Origin: Candidatus Marinacidobacterales bacterium
GTDB lineage: Bacteria; Acidobacteriota; Vicinamibacteria; Marinacidobacterales; DATDRI01
DNA: 64,000 nucleotides
Reading direction: 5' to 3'
Assembly (NCBI GenBank): GCA_965219415.1
Contig: CBDCNP010000001.1
Coordinates: 160,001 to 224,000 of the forward strand
In this document: positions 21,309-31,537 of the stretch, one piece after another
How positions within the stretch are numbered: position 1 is the first letter of the stretch
Layout of the letters: every line of letters begins with the position of its first letter
Program-made: the position numbers and the translations under genes
Notes under the pieces: generated by a model
What the model was told of the DNA's origin: nothing
Database searches by the model: none
What the model saw: the letters and a program-made list of their open reading frames with translations, nothing else

Positions 21309-24212
21309 TCACGGGTCGGTGCCTGGCTCGTAGGTCTCCATGGGCGGGCAGGTGCACATCAGATTGCGATCCCCATAGGCGTTATCAATGCGGGCAACCG
21401 GAGGCCAGAACTTGTGCTCCCGAATCCAAGGCGCGGGGAAGGCTGCTTGCTCGCGGGTGTAGGGACGGTCCCAATCGTCCGCCGTCACGGCGCGCGAGGT
21501 GTGGGGGGCCTTCTTGAGCACGTTGTTCTCACGCTCGGCGCGGCCTTCTTCGATCGCACGGACCTCTTCGCGGATTCCGATGAGAGCATCGCAATAGCGA
21601 TCCAACTCGACTTTGGACTCGCTCTCGGTGGGCTCGATCATGAGCGTCCCCGGAACCGGCCAGGACATGGTCGGCGCATGGAATCCGTAATCCATCAGGC
21701 GCTTGGCGATGTCTTCGACCTCGACACCGGCACTTTTCTTGAAGGGACGGCCATCAATGATGAACTCGTGCGCCACGCGACCGTTCTTCCCGGTGTACAG
21801 GATTCCGTAGTGCTCTTCGAGACGCTTGGCCATGTAGTTCGCGTTCAAGATCGCGACTTGCGTCGCCTTGGTCAATCCCTTAGCACCCATCAGGGCGATA
21901 TACGCCCAAGAGATCGGCAAAATGCTGGGGCTCCCATAAGGAGCCTCGGAGACAGGGCCGATCGCTTGCTCTCCCCCGACGTTCGCCATGGGATGTCCCG
22001 GCAGAAACGGCGCGATGTGCTTCTGAACACAGATCGGCCCCATTCCAGGCCCGCCGCCGCCGTGTGGAATGCAAAACGTTTTGTGGAGATTCAGATGACA
22101 GACGTCGGCACCCATGTCGCCCGGTCGCGTCAATCCGACTTGAGCGTTCATGTTCGCACCGTCCATGTAAACTTGACCGCCGTGCCTATGCACGATCTCG
22201 CAGACCTCGCGGATGCTTTCCTCGAAGACACCATGCGTCGATGGATAGGTGACCATCAACGCGCCGAGCGACTCGGCGTGTTGCGAAGCCTTGGCCTTCA
22301 GATCACCGACGTCAATGTTGCCGCGGTCGTCGCATGCCACCGGAACCACCTTGAAGCCAGCCATCACCGCACTCGCTGGATTGGTTCCGTGCGCCGACGC
22401 CGGTATCAAACAAATGTTCCGATCTCCATCACCGCGGCTCTTGTGGTAGGCATGGATAACCAGGAGACCCGCATACTCACCTTGTGAGCCCGCGTTAGGC
22501 TGCAACGACACAGCGCCGAGACCGGTGATCTCGGCCAGCCACTTCTCGAGCTGATCGAAGAGCTCCGCGTAGCCCTCCGCTTGATCGGCGGGCGCGAACG
22601 GGTGCAAGCCGGAAAACCCCGGCCAGGTGATGGGAGTCATCTCGGTGGTACCGTTGAGCTTCATCGTGCAAGAGCCGAGGGGAATCATCGACGTGGTCAT
22701 CGACAAGTCCCTGGCCTGAAGTCGGTGGATGTATCGCAATATCTCGTGCTCGGAGTGAAATCGGTGGAAGACCTGGTGGGTCATGAAAGCGCTGCTGCGC
22801 ACCAAGTTGGCCGGAGGCGCGGGGTCGATATCATCGGCGAGGTCCCCGATGGTGAACGGGATCGTGTCCGAGCTCGAAAACACTTCGAACAGCGCCGACA
22901 AGTCATGGGTCGTCGTCGTCTCGTCGAGGGAGACGCCGAGCGATCCGTCTTCGAAGCGGCGCAGGTTCATATGGCGGGCGCGCGCCGCTTGATGAATCCT
23001 TTCGGAACGCTCAGGCGGCAACGCTACCTTCAAGGTATCGAAGAATGGTCCGCCACCCACATCGAGCCCCAGGCGCTCGAGCCCACGGGCGAGTATCGCG
23101 GTCAAAGCCTGAACCCGACGAGCGATTCGCGAAAGCCCTTCCGGCCCGTGATAAACCGCGTACATGCTGGCCAGGATCGCAGGGAGAACCTGCGCGGTAC
23201 AGATGTTGCTCGTCGCCCGGTCCCGGCGGATGTGCTGCTCGCGCGTCTGAAGAGCCAATCGAAAACCTGATTGTCCGTCGGCATCTTGCGAAACGCCCAC
23301 GATGCGCCCTGGCACCCGGCGCGCGTACTCTTCACGAGTCGAGAGAAACGCCGCATGCGGCCCGCCGAATCCGAGCGGGACACCGAAACGTTGGGTCGAG
23401 CCGACAGCGATGTCGGCGCCGAGCTCTCCCGGCGGGCGGATAAGGGTCAGCGCCAAGAGGTCGGTCGCTACAACTACGGTGGCGTTTCCAGCATGTGCAC
23501 GCGCGATGACTTCGGAGTAGTCCGAAATCACTCCGTCCGTCGCCGGGTACTGGAGGAGTACGCCAAAGAGCTCGGGATCACCGAAGTCGGCATCTCCCGG
23601 AGATCCCACCTGGATCCGAATGCCCAGAGGTAAGCCACGCGTCTCGAGCAGCGCGATCGTCTGAGGATGGCAACTCTCGGCAACGAAGAAGACCTTTTGC
23701 TTGGCACCATGAATGGCCAGGCACATGCTCATCGCTTCCGCTGCTGCCGTCGCCTCGTCCAGCAAGGAGGCGTTGGCCAACGGCAGCCCGGTGAGATCGG
23801 CGACCATGGTTTGGAAATTCAGAAGCGCTTCCAGTCGTCCCTGCGCGATCTCCGACTGATACGGTGTGTACTGAGTGTACCAGCCTGGATTCTCCAAGAT
23901 GTTTCGCTGGATGACGGGTGGTGTGATGCAATCGTAAAAGCCCATCCCCAGGAACGAGCGGAACACCCGATTGCGATCCGCCATCCGGCGCATCTCGCCC
24001 TGGAGCTCGTACTCGCCTCGCTCCTCGGGGATATTCAGGGGGGCTCGAAGGCGGATACTCTCTGGAATCGTGGCGTCGATCAGATCCTCGAGCGAGGAGA
24101 CACCCAACGTCCCCAACATCGCCTCGACGTCTTTGTCGCTCGGGCCGATGTGCCGCCGGGCGAACGTATCAATCGTGCCAAGTAGATCTTTCGCTTTCGA
24201 GGCCTTGATCAT
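21309..24212 (-). CDS. gcvP: Glycine dehydrogenase (decarboxylating), P protein
   Basis: [47 protein letters not shown]. Confidence 0.99.
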   Translation of the reverse strand: MIKASKAKDLLGTIDTFARRHIGPSDKDVEAMLGTLGVSSLEDLIDATIPESIRLRAPLNIPEERGEYELQGEMRRMADRNRVFRSFLGMGFYDCITPPVIQRNILENPGWYTQYTPYQSEIAQGRLEALLNFQTMVADLTGLPLANASLLDEATAAAEAMSMCLAIHGAKQKVFFVAESCHPQTIALLETRGLPLGIRIQVGSPGDADFGDPELFGVLLQYPATDGVISDYSEVIARAHAGNATVVVATDLLALTLIRPPGELGADIAVGSTQRFGVPLGFGGPHAAFLSTREEYARRVPGRIVGVSQDADGQSGFRLALQTREQHIRRDRATSNICTAQVLPAILASMYAVYHGPEGLSRIARRVQALTAILARGLERLGLDVGGGPFFDTLKVALPPERSERIHQAARARHMNLRRFEDGSLGVSLDETTTTHDLSALFEVFSSSDTIPFTIGDLADDIDPAPPANLVRSSAFMTHQVFHRFHSEHEILRYIHRLQARDLSMTTSMIPLGSCTMKLNGTTEMTPITWPGFSGLHPFAPADQAEGYAELFDQLEKWLAEITGLGAVSLQPNAGSQGEYAGLLVIHAYHKSRGDGDRNICLIPASAHGTNPASAVMAGFKVVPVACDDRGNIDVGDLKAKASQHAESLGALMVTYPSTHGVFEESIREVCEIVHRHGGQVYMDGANMNAQVGLTRPGDMGADVCHLNLHKTFCIPHGGGGPGMGPICVQKHIAPFLPGHPMANVGGEQAIGPVSEAPYGSPSILPISWAYIALMGAKGLTKATQVAILNANYMAKRLEEHYGILYTGKNGRVAHEFIIDGRPFKKSAGVEVEDIAKRLMDYGFHAPTMSWPVPGTLMIEPTESESKVELDRYCDALIGIREEVRAIEEGRAERENNVLKKAPHTSRAVTADDWDRPYTREQAAFPAPWIREHKFWPPVARIDNAYGDRNLMCTCPPMETYEPGTDP

Positions 24213-24231
24213 CTACCGCACTCCGCCAAGC

Positions 24232-24621
24232 TCAATCCGCTCCCTCCTTGTCGACAAGCTCCTGGTACTGCGTCGCTGTGAGCAACTTACCAAGCTCCAT
24301 CGCTTCATCGACTTTGATGATCATGAGCCAGGAATTCCCGTGGGGATCTTTGTTCACCATCTCCGGTGAGTCCACCACGCTTTGGTTGACGTCCACGACT
24401 TCTCCCCCCACCGGGCTGAAGAGCTCGGAGACCGCTTTTACCGACTCGATGGTGCCGAAGACCTCGTTGGCGGTCAACTTGACGCCAACGTCGGGCAGTT
24501 CGACATAGACCACATCACCGAGTTGTTTCTGGGCGTAGTCGGTGATGCCGACGCTGCCACGGTCACCCTCCATCTTGATCCACTCGTGCTCTTTGGAATA
24601 TTGGCGATCGTCAGGGTACAT
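24232..24621 (-). CDS. gcvH: Glycine cleavage system H protein
   Basis: YSKEHEW, GITDYAQKQLGDVVYVELP, IESVKAVSE lipoyl-Lys. Confidence 0.99.
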   Translation of the reverse strand: MYPDDRQYSKEHEWIKMEGDRGSVGITDYAQKQLGDVVYVELPDVGVKLTANEVFGTIESVKAVSELFSPVGGEVVDVNQSVVDSPEMVNKDPHGNSWLMIIKVDEAMELGKLLTATQYQELVDKEGAD

Positions 24622-24687
24622 ATCTGTCTCTCCTAGCCTTGGTCATGAACATCCGCGCATCAATCTCTTCCTATTCTAGTCTTCGCC

Positions 24688-25803
24688 TCAGGTGTCAGCG
24701 CGCACTTTTTTGCGTTTGTAGAAAGGCGTGGGAACCACCCGCGCTCGGACGCGGCGGCCCCGGATCTCCACCTCGAGATCCGTACCATCGGCCCAGGCCG
24801 AAGCCGGCAGATAGCAGAGGCCGATGGCCTTCTTTAAATAGGGAGCGAAACTGCCACTGGTCACAGCACCGGTAGCGTCGCCATCGACGAAAACGGGATA
24901 GCCCTTGCGCGCGATCCCGCGGTCCACCATCTCGAAGCCCACGAGCTTCTGCGAAACACCCTCTTCTTGTTGCCTTGCGAGGACTTCGCGGCCAAGGAAA
25001 TCGCCTTTGTCGAGCTTGATCATCCAACCCAAGTCCGCTTCGAGTACGGTGTGGTCCTCATCGATATCGTTTCCATAGAGCGCCATTTTGGCTTCGAGCC
25101 GCAGCGTGTCGCGCGCTCCCAAGCCGGCAGGCCTTAGCCCCGATGATTGCCCCGCCTCCATCACTTTTTCCCATAGCGCCTCGGCGTGTTCGGCTGGCAC
25201 CAAAAGCTCGAATCCATCTTCGCCCGTGTAGCCGGTGCGAAAGATGGTGACAATGTGTCCGGCGACCTCTCCCCCGACGAAGTTGTAATACTTCAGACCA
25301 TCGAGCTTTTCGGCAGTCAAGGTGGAGAGAATGTCCCGAGCACGCGGCCCCTGGAGGGCGATCAGCGCGTAATCATCACTCACGTTCTTCACTTCGCCTT
25401 CGCCGCGGCGATGAGATTCGATCCAATCGAAGTCCTTTTGAATGTTCGCGGCATTGACGATAGCCAGGTAGCTCGAATCACTCCAACGCGAGATGATCAG
25501 ATCGTCGATGAAACATCCTTCGGGCGTTGTGAGGGCCGAGTAGTGCGCTTTTCCCATTGTGAGACGCGATACGTCGTTGGGTGTTAACCGTTGTAGGAGC
25601 TCCAGAGCTCCCGATCCTTCGAAAAGGAACTCGCCCATGTGGCTCACGTCGAACAACCCAGCGGCGTTACGAACCGCAAGATGCTCATCGACGAGGGCGC
25701 CGTAATCCACCGGCATGTCCCAGCCGGCGAAATCCACCAGCCGTGCATTCAGCTGTCGATGTACGGAGCAAAGGGGCGTTCTCTGCGGCGGGGAGCTAGG
25801 CAT
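24688..25803 (-). CDS. gcvT: Glycine cleavage system aminomethyltransferase T
   Basis: FAGWDMPV, GLFDVSHMGE, RTGYTGEDGFE, GLGARDTLRLEA. Confidence 0.99.
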   Translation of the reverse strand: MPSSPPQRTPLCSVHRQLNARLVDFAGWDMPVDYGALVDEHLAVRNAAGLFDVSHMGEFLFEGSGALELLQRLTPNDVSRLTMGKAHYSALTTPEGCFIDDLIISRWSDSSYLAIVNAANIQKDFDWIESHRRGEGEVKNVSDDYALIALQGPRARDILSTLTAEKLDGLKYYNFVGGEVAGHIVTIFRTGYTGEDGFELLVPAEHAEALWEKVMEAGQSSGLRPAGLGARDTLRLEAKMALYGNDIDEDHTVLEADLGWMIKLDKGDFLGREVLARQQEEGVSQKLVGFEMVDRGIARKGYPVFVDGDATGAVTSGSFAPYLKKAIGLCYLPASAWADGTDLEVEIRGRRVRARVVPTPFYKRKKVRADT

Positions 25804-25865
25804 TCATACCGTTGGGGCAATAAAAATGAAATGGCCGGCCCGAATTGACCTCGCTACGGGCGGCC

Positions 25866-25933
25866 ACGCTATCATAGGGCTCTTCACGGTGTCAAGGAAA
25901 CCCTTGCCTTGCGTGGGCAAAGCTTCTTATAAT
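25866..25933. promoter_or_regulatory. Divergent sigma70-like promoters (gcvT and the pilB-like gene)
   Basis: + strand TTGCCT(25904)-18-TATAAT(25928); - strand TTGACA(25895)-18-TAGCGT. Confidence 0.45.
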
Positions 25934-25979
25934 AGAGGAGGTTAGGGCGTCCCCTTATAGTTAGTATTTCCAGGGCAAA

Positions 25980-27584
25980 ATGGCCAAAGTCAGCCAAGCA
26001 TACGTCGTTCGCTGCTGGAACTGTCTGAACGATTTCGAGGCGATCGAAGCCGTTTGGTGCAACTGCGATCCCCGCAAACCCAGCAAGCTGTGCCCGTTCT
26101 GCCTTCAATGCTTTTGCCCCGCTGACGACAATTACAAAACCAACTTCTGGGACCTGGCACCCGAGGCGCTGAAGGAAGAGGTCGCGCTCCTCGAACGGAG
26201 CCAGGATCGCTTGGGTGAGATCCTCGTCCGCAACCAGAAACTCACGACCCCCGAGCTGCTCCGCGCCCTGGTGGAGCAGAAACGGACCGGGGACCTGCTG
26301 GGCAAGATCCTGGTCCAGAAGGGGTGGGTGAGCCAGAACGATATCGAGGAGGGGCTCCGCTACCAGGGCTACAAGCCGCTCGTCGATACGGACGGCGGCG
26401 AGGTCCATGCGACACCGGGCGCGGACCAATCGGTTCCCCAGGAAACACTGAACTACCTTCTTACGCTCGGTGCGAAAAAGGGTGCTTCCGACATCCATAT
26501 CGAGCCCGCCGGCGATGAGCTGGGGGTCAAGTTTAGAATCGATGGGTACTTCTACAAGCTGAAGCCGCTTCCGAGGACCGCCCTCGAGCCGTTGTCGGCA
26601 AAGATCGGCTCGCTATTTCGCCTCGATCCGACCCGCGATGGAGTACCCCAAAAGGGTCGGGCCGTGACGCAGCTCATGGAGCGCGAATACGACCTTCTCG
26701 CTCAGACTCTTCCGACTCAAAAGGGAACCAGCACAACGATAAAGCTCGTCGACCGCCGTTTCTTCCTGAAGAACTTCACCGCGCTAGGACTAACCCCGGC
26801 GAACCAGCTGTTCTTGGTCCGGGCGATGGACGCTTCCGCCGGCCTGATACTCGTCTCTTCGCCTCCGTTCAACGGTGCCATGACGACGTGCTACTCGCTC
26901 ATGGACCATTTGGCCAAGTCGGAACGCAAGGTCGTAAGTCTCGAACCGTCCATTCAGTGGCAGGTTCCTTACGTCAACCAGATAGAAGTAAACGAAGAAC
27001 GAGGATTCGGTTTCCCCGAGGCGATGCGCTCTGTCACAACCGTAAAGCCCGACGTACTTTTCGCACTGGACTTGTCGGATCGGCCAATCGCCACACAAGT
27101 CTGTCAGCTCGCCACTTCGGTACTCGTAATCGCTACACTACCCGCATTCAACGCGGTAGAGGCTCTCTGGCGACTCTACGAGTACGGCGTGCCGCCGTCC
27201 GTTATCTCCCGGTCGCTGTCTTTGGTCATGAACCAACGATTGGTTCGACGCATTTGTACGAACTGCCGCGAAGGAGGAAATCTGGCCGACCCGAAAAAAC
27301 TCGCCCCTCATGGCGTCAGTGAAGAGGAGGTCGCCGGCGTAAGGCTCTATCGCGGCAAGGGCTGCGCAGCCTGTAACCGCATTGGCTATCGGCGTCGCAA
27401 GGGAATCTTCGAGGTTATGATTGTCGACGAAGAGATGAGGCGGCTCCTCGCCAAGCGACCTGCCCTCCCGGGCATCGAGGCCGCAGCGCGGCAATCCGGC
27501 ATGGAGTCGCTACGCGAGCGGGCCCTCCGCGATGTGTCCGACGGCATTACCTCCATCGACGAGTTCATTCGTTGGAGACTCTGA
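25980..27584 (+). CDS. GspE/PilB-like protein with Cys-rich N-terminus and MshEN motif; ATPase motifs degenerate
   Basis: GASDIHIEP, FRIDG, NQRLVRRICxxC...CxxCNRIGYRRRKGIFE; Walker A reads SPPFNGAMTT. Confidence 0.9.
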   Translation: MAKVSQAYVVRCWNCLNDFEAIEAVWCNCDPRKPSKLCPFCLQCFCPADDNYKTNFWDLAPEALKEEVALLERSQDRLGEILVRNQKLTTPELLRALVEQKRTGDLLGKILVQKGWVSQNDIEEGLRYQGYKPLVDTDGGEVHATPGADQSVPQETLNYLLTLGAKKGASDIHIEPAGDELGVKFRIDGYFYKLKPLPRTALEPLSAKIGSLFRLDPTRDGVPQKGRAVTQLMEREYDLLAQTLPTQKGTSTTIKLVDRRFFLKNFTALGLTPANQLFLVRAMDASAGLILVSSPPFNGAMTTCYSLMDHLAKSERKVVSLEPSIQWQVPYVNQIEVNEERGFGFPEAMRSVTTVKPDVLFALDLSDRPIATQVCQLATSVLVIATLPAFNAVEALWRLYEYGVPPSVISRSLSLVMNQRLVRRICTNCREGGNLADPKKLAPHGVSEEEVAGVRLYRGKGCAACNRIGYRRRKGIFEVMIVDEEMRRLLAKRPALPGIEAAARQSGMESLRERALRDVSDGITSIDEFIRWRL

Positions 27585-27587
27585 GCG

Positions 27588-28184
27588 GTGAAGATCGCTT
27601 TCATCGGCACGCACGGAGTCGGAAAGACCACCCTCTGCTATCACCTGGCGGGGATTCTCAAGAAGAAGCTTCCTAGCGTCGATATCGTCAAGGAGGTCGC
27701 GCGCGCCTGTCCCTTGCCGATCAATCGCGACACGAACTTGGCGGCCCAGTCCTGGATTCTTCACTCGCAGATTGCGATGGAGATGGCAGCCCAGGATCAA
27801 CACCATACGGTGATCTGCGACCGGAGCGTTCTCGACAACTATGCCTACCTCGTGCACGCGGAGGGAGCGCATCCGGTGCTCGATCAGCTCGTGACCTACT
27901 GGATGGAGACCTACGATTTTCTCTTCAAAGTCCCGGTGGGTTTCGTACTGCAACAAGACGGTGTGCGCGACACGGACACCGAGTTTCAACTCGAGATCGA
28001 CCGGCTGGTTGGCGATATGCTCAACGAGCGGGGGCTGCGTTATTACAACCTTTCAGGTAGCAACCGTGAAATATGGATCGCCTTCGTCGTCGGCGTCGTC
28101 GAACGAGGCGATTCTTCACCAAAGTCCACCACGGCGCTCGGCGCCCCACGCCAAATGTCGCTGCCCATGACGAATGACGGGTGA
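27588..28184 (+). CDS. P-loop NTPase, NadR/AAA_28-like (nucleotide-kinase fold)
   Basis: KIAFIGTHGVGKTT, EVAR, ICDRSVLDNYAY, DGVRD. Confidence 0.85.
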   Translation: MKIAFIGTHGVGKTTLCYHLAGILKKKLPSVDIVKEVARACPLPINRDTNLAAQSWILHSQIAMEMAAQDQHHTVICDRSVLDNYAYLVHAEGAHPVLDQLVTYWMETYDFLFKVPVGFVLQQDGVRDTDTEFQLEIDRLVGDMLNERGLRYYNLSGSNREIWIAFVVGVVERGDSSPKSTTALGAPRQMSLPMTNDG

Positions 28185-28331
28185 GTCAGACCGAGAACCG
28201 ACTCCGGGCAGCGAACCTCCCAAACTCTACAAAACTTTACATAGCCGACAAACTCCTGAAACCACGAGTGGCTAGTTTTGGGGAGTGAGGATCGCAATGG
28301 AGCGAGGCCTCACGAACAAAGGAGCCACAAA

Positions 28332-28862
28332 ATGAGTCCCGAGAATAAACATGAGGTTAAGCGCAAACACCGCTCGACAGGGTTCTGGGTATTCGTCCTG
28401 ATCGCCGGGCTCGTGGGCGCGGTCCTGGTAGGAGGGGCGTTCGTTTCGACACAGGCCTCCGGCTTTTTCGGCCACTCCGGTCACGAGCGCCGGGGACACT
28501 TCACCAGAGATCCGGAAATGGCTCGCCAGCACGCCGAGTTCGCGGCGTCCTGGGTGCTGGGCCGTATCGATATGCCACCGACGACCAGAAGGAGCAAGTA
28601 CAGGCGATCGTCGGCAACGGTGTCGAGGACCTTGTCGCGCTCGCACAACGGCGTGGGGAGAATCACGAGGCCTGGCGAGCTGAGCTCTCCAAACCCACCA
28701 TCGGATCGGGTCGCGCTCGAACAGCTTCGGACAGAGGGAATCGAGCTCGCCGATACCGCTTCGACCCGGCTGGTAGAGGCCCTCGCCGATGCGGCCGAAG
28801 TACTGACACCAGAGCAGCGGGCCGAGCTCATGGAAATGGCCGACCGCTTTCACGAGCGCTAG
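28332..28862 (+). CDS. Spy/CpxP-like periplasmic protein (central part out of frame via compensating indels)
   Basis: N-terminal TM, His/Gly-rich stretch, C-terminal VLTPEQRAEL (LTxxQ motif). Confidence 0.8.
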   Translation: MSPENKHEVKRKHRSTGFWVFVLIAGLVGAVLVGGAFVSTQASGFFGHSGHERRGHFTRDPEMARQHAEFAASWVLGRIDMPPTTRRSKYRRSSATVSRTLSRSHNGVGRITRPGELSSPNPPSDRVALEQLRTEGIELADTASTRLVEALADAAEVLTPEQRAELMEMADRFHER

Positions 28863-28888
28863 AGTGGGTTGCTGTCATCGATCAATCT

Positions 28889-28910
28889 GGGGGGCCGCAA
28901 GCGGCCCCCC
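28889..28910 (+). terminator. GC-rich hairpin after the Spy-like gene
   Basis: GGGGGGCCGC-AA-GCGGCCCCCC perfect inverted repeat; no U-tract. Confidence 0.45.
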
Positions 28911-28933
28911 GGATTCCGGCTCTGAAGCCAGGA

Positions 28934-29746
28934 GTGTGCGGTGGGGTCGGCGCCTATCCGATCGCCCGGCGCATCACACGCCGCGTGGAGCGGCTCCAAA
29001 GCCGTGTGGACGAGCTGGGGGCGGGAGACCTCTCGGCGCGCGTTACGGTGGAAGGGAACGATGAAGTGGCCAGCCTCGCGCGAAGTTTCAATCAGGCCGC
29101 CGATCGGATCGAGCGCCTGGTCAACGCGCAACGCCATACCTTGGTTAGCGCGTCTCATGAGCTTCGCTCGCCGCTCGCACGTATGCGAATCGCCGTCGAG
29201 CTCTTGGGCGACGGTGATCGCCCGGATGTGCGTGCTCGGATCACGAAGGACATCGCCGAGCTCGATGGGTTCATCGAGGAGCTGCTGCTCGCAAGCCGCC
29301 TGGACGCTCTGGATCACCTCGAAAAAACGGAAGAGGTCGATCTCCTGGCGCTATTGGCCGAGGAGGGAACCCGTGTGGAGGCGTCGATCACCGGTGAGCC
29401 GGTTCGCATCCAAGGGGACGCGCGCATGCTCCGGCGCCTCATCCGTAACCTCCTCGAGAACGCACGGCGCTACGCCGAGGGTTCTCCCGTCGAAGCCTCG
29501 GTCGCTCCAATGAGAAGCGGCGCCCGCCTACTCATCGAGGATCGAGGGCCCGGGGTTCCAGCCGAGGAGCGGGAAAACATCTTCAAACCGTTTTACCGAC
29601 CACCCGGCATGCGAGAGACCGCTGAGGGTGGTGTAGGACTTGGGCTCGCGCTGGTCCGACAAATCGCGCATCGCCACGAAGGAGAAGCGCGCTGCCTCCC
29701 ACGGGAGGGCGGTGGCACTCGCTTCGAAGTGACCCTGCGGACCTAG
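28934..29746 (+). pseudogene. Sensor histidine kinase (HAMP-HisKA-HATPase), N-terminus missing
   Basis: ASHELRSPLARM, NLLENARRY, DRGPGV, GVGLGLAL; starts mid-TM with no RBS. Confidence 0.85.
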
Positions 29747-29769
29747 AGAACCGGCAGTCTCGTCCACGC

Positions 29770-30124
29770 CTAGAAAGGCGGCACTAATGGGTCTTCAGAA
29801 GAGTCGGGCGACGAGTCGGGCTCCGTTCGCTTCGCGTCGCTAGAATTTCCCCCCGCGAGCTCACCCTCTTTCCACCGCTTGTAACTCTCGAGAAGGTCGG
29901 CGAGCAAGCGATCGCTGATCTCTGGGCTCTCGAACGTGACCTGTTTCCAGTATCTCTGTTCGCCGTTGACCCTCACCGGCTTCGAAGGAACGGCCGCGAA
30001 CACTCCGTTCGCGCCGTCGACCACTCGGAATCCGCGGACGATAACAACCTTCACCAACCGTGACGTCGGCGAAAGCCAGAATCTTGGTATCTCTCCCCTT
30101 CGGAAAACTGAATTCAACCTTCAT
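29770..30124 (-). CDS. spoVG: SpoVG-family nucleic-acid-binding protein, frameshifted near 30048
   Basis: KILAFADVT / IVRGFRVVDGANGVFAAVPSK...YWKQV; RBS GGAGG. Confidence 0.8.
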
Positions 30125-30151
30125 GTCATCCCTCCATTTCTTCTTGTTGAC

Positions 30152-30749
30152 TCAAAAACCCTTTAAGGCAGATGGCTCCCATCGGCCGGCTCGGTATCGG
30201 GCCAAGCGGACCCGTCCCGATGTACCGAGGACGATCACCGCATAGATAAATCCCTGCTCGTTGCTGAGAAAGAGCGTTCCGCTGGTCGAAGTGCCGATCG
30301 GCGAGAACGACAGAATCCTGCCTCGGCCGAACCGAAGCGGTGGAAAGCTGGGCTGCTCCCGAGCGCTTGCAGTACCGGCAGTACTTGGCGGACTCCCGTA
30401 CCGAACGCCGGAGAAGTAATCGCTGAGCCTCCAATAGTCTCGGATCCTTCGATCCACCCCAGATCGGATATCCGCGCGACGTACTCCGTTGCTGTTTCCA
30501 TTCGATGTAGAGGGAAAGCACCGGCTCTCTTTCGACCTCATCGAATACGATCGCGGTGTAGCGACCCTTTGCGGCGGCCTCAGATCGGACCTGGCGGATG
30601 AGCCCCCTGAAGTAGTACGCCGCCCCACGGAGCCGGTACTCCTTCGCCAAATCCCAACCTCGAGGAATCGACAGCCCGGCCACAATCGTCATGAGTAGAA
30701 CCACGATCATCAACTCCAACAACGTGTAGGCCGATTCGTTCGGACGCAT
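30152..30749 (-). CDS. FimT/GspH-like minor (pseudo)pilin, frameshifted near 30500
   Basis: Prepilin-like AYTLLELMIVV; C-terminal LSFSPIGTSTSGTLFL...VLGTSGRVR. Confidence 0.82.
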
Positions 30750-30864
30750 GGTTTGGTGCTCCCGTAAATAAGGACTGGCCCCGAGGTGTGTTACTGGGGG
30801 CCTTCCGTTACTCCCGGTGAGGATGGTTCAGCACCCCGGGACCAGCCCTCTGGTCCTACGCTCC

Positions 30865-31218
30865 TTACTTGGTGCGCTTCCCGCTCGCCTCGACGAACAG
30901 GTAAGGCCGCAGACGCAGAAACGTCTTCTCGCCGATGCCCTTGACGTTCATGACTTCCTCGACCTTCGTGAAGCTCCCGTTCTTCTTGCGGTAGGCCACG
31001 ATCCGGGAGGCGACGATATCGCCAATCCCTGAAAGCGCGGTGAACTCCTCGCCGGTCGCGGTATTCAAGTCGACCCGGAGCTCAGCGGCGGCCCCGGATT
31101 TCTTGGACGTCTCGTCCACAGCAGGCGCAGCAGGCGCGGCAGGCACGGCAAGCGCCGCAGTCGGGACAAGCGCGGCAGGCGCGACCCCGAGGAAGACCAT
31201 CGAGACGACTACCAACAT
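30865..31218 (-). CDS. comEA: ComEA-family helix-hairpin-helix DNA-binding protein
   Basis: Signal peptide; VDLNTAT..LSGIG..IVAYRKKNGSF..VKGIGEKTF. Confidence 0.92.
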   Translation of the reverse strand: MLVVVSMVFLGVAPAALVPTAALAVPAAPAAPAVDETSKKSGAAAELRVDLNTATGEEFTALSGIGDIVASRIVAYRKKNGSFTKVEEVMNVKGIGEKTFLRLRPYLFVEASGKRTK

Positions 31219-31537
31219 TGTTCGTTTCGTCGTTCCCTCCCTAATAGATGTCCGTGGGCGGCTGAGAATGGGGTGCCGTTTGCCCTCGCGAACCCGATGG
31301 CGGCCGGCCCTCCGCCCTCGTCGACCGCCCATCCGCGACGAGGACATCAAGAAGAGACGGAAAAACGGGAGGAGAACCCTCCCCGGCTTCTTGAAAAAAA
31401 TGAATCTCGTCGACGCAATGCTGAGCCTCAGGGGTTTAGAATCGGATTAAGGTAGCTAGAAAGAGGGGTTTATGGTAAGCTTTAAAGTGGTGTGTTAACT
31501 TTGGCAGGCTTTGGTCTGCCCAAGGCTCACCTGATCA

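Noticed and set aside
25804-25979. Glycine riboswitch upstream of gcvT
   Set aside because: No GGAGA...CCGAAG...CTCTCAGG aptamer pattern is visible, and the space is occupied by promoters.
31270-31290. GGGCAAAC in the comEA leader as a c-di-GMP-I riboswitch
   Set aside because: The GNRA-capped P2 stem and the following GACGCAAAGC-like segment are absent.
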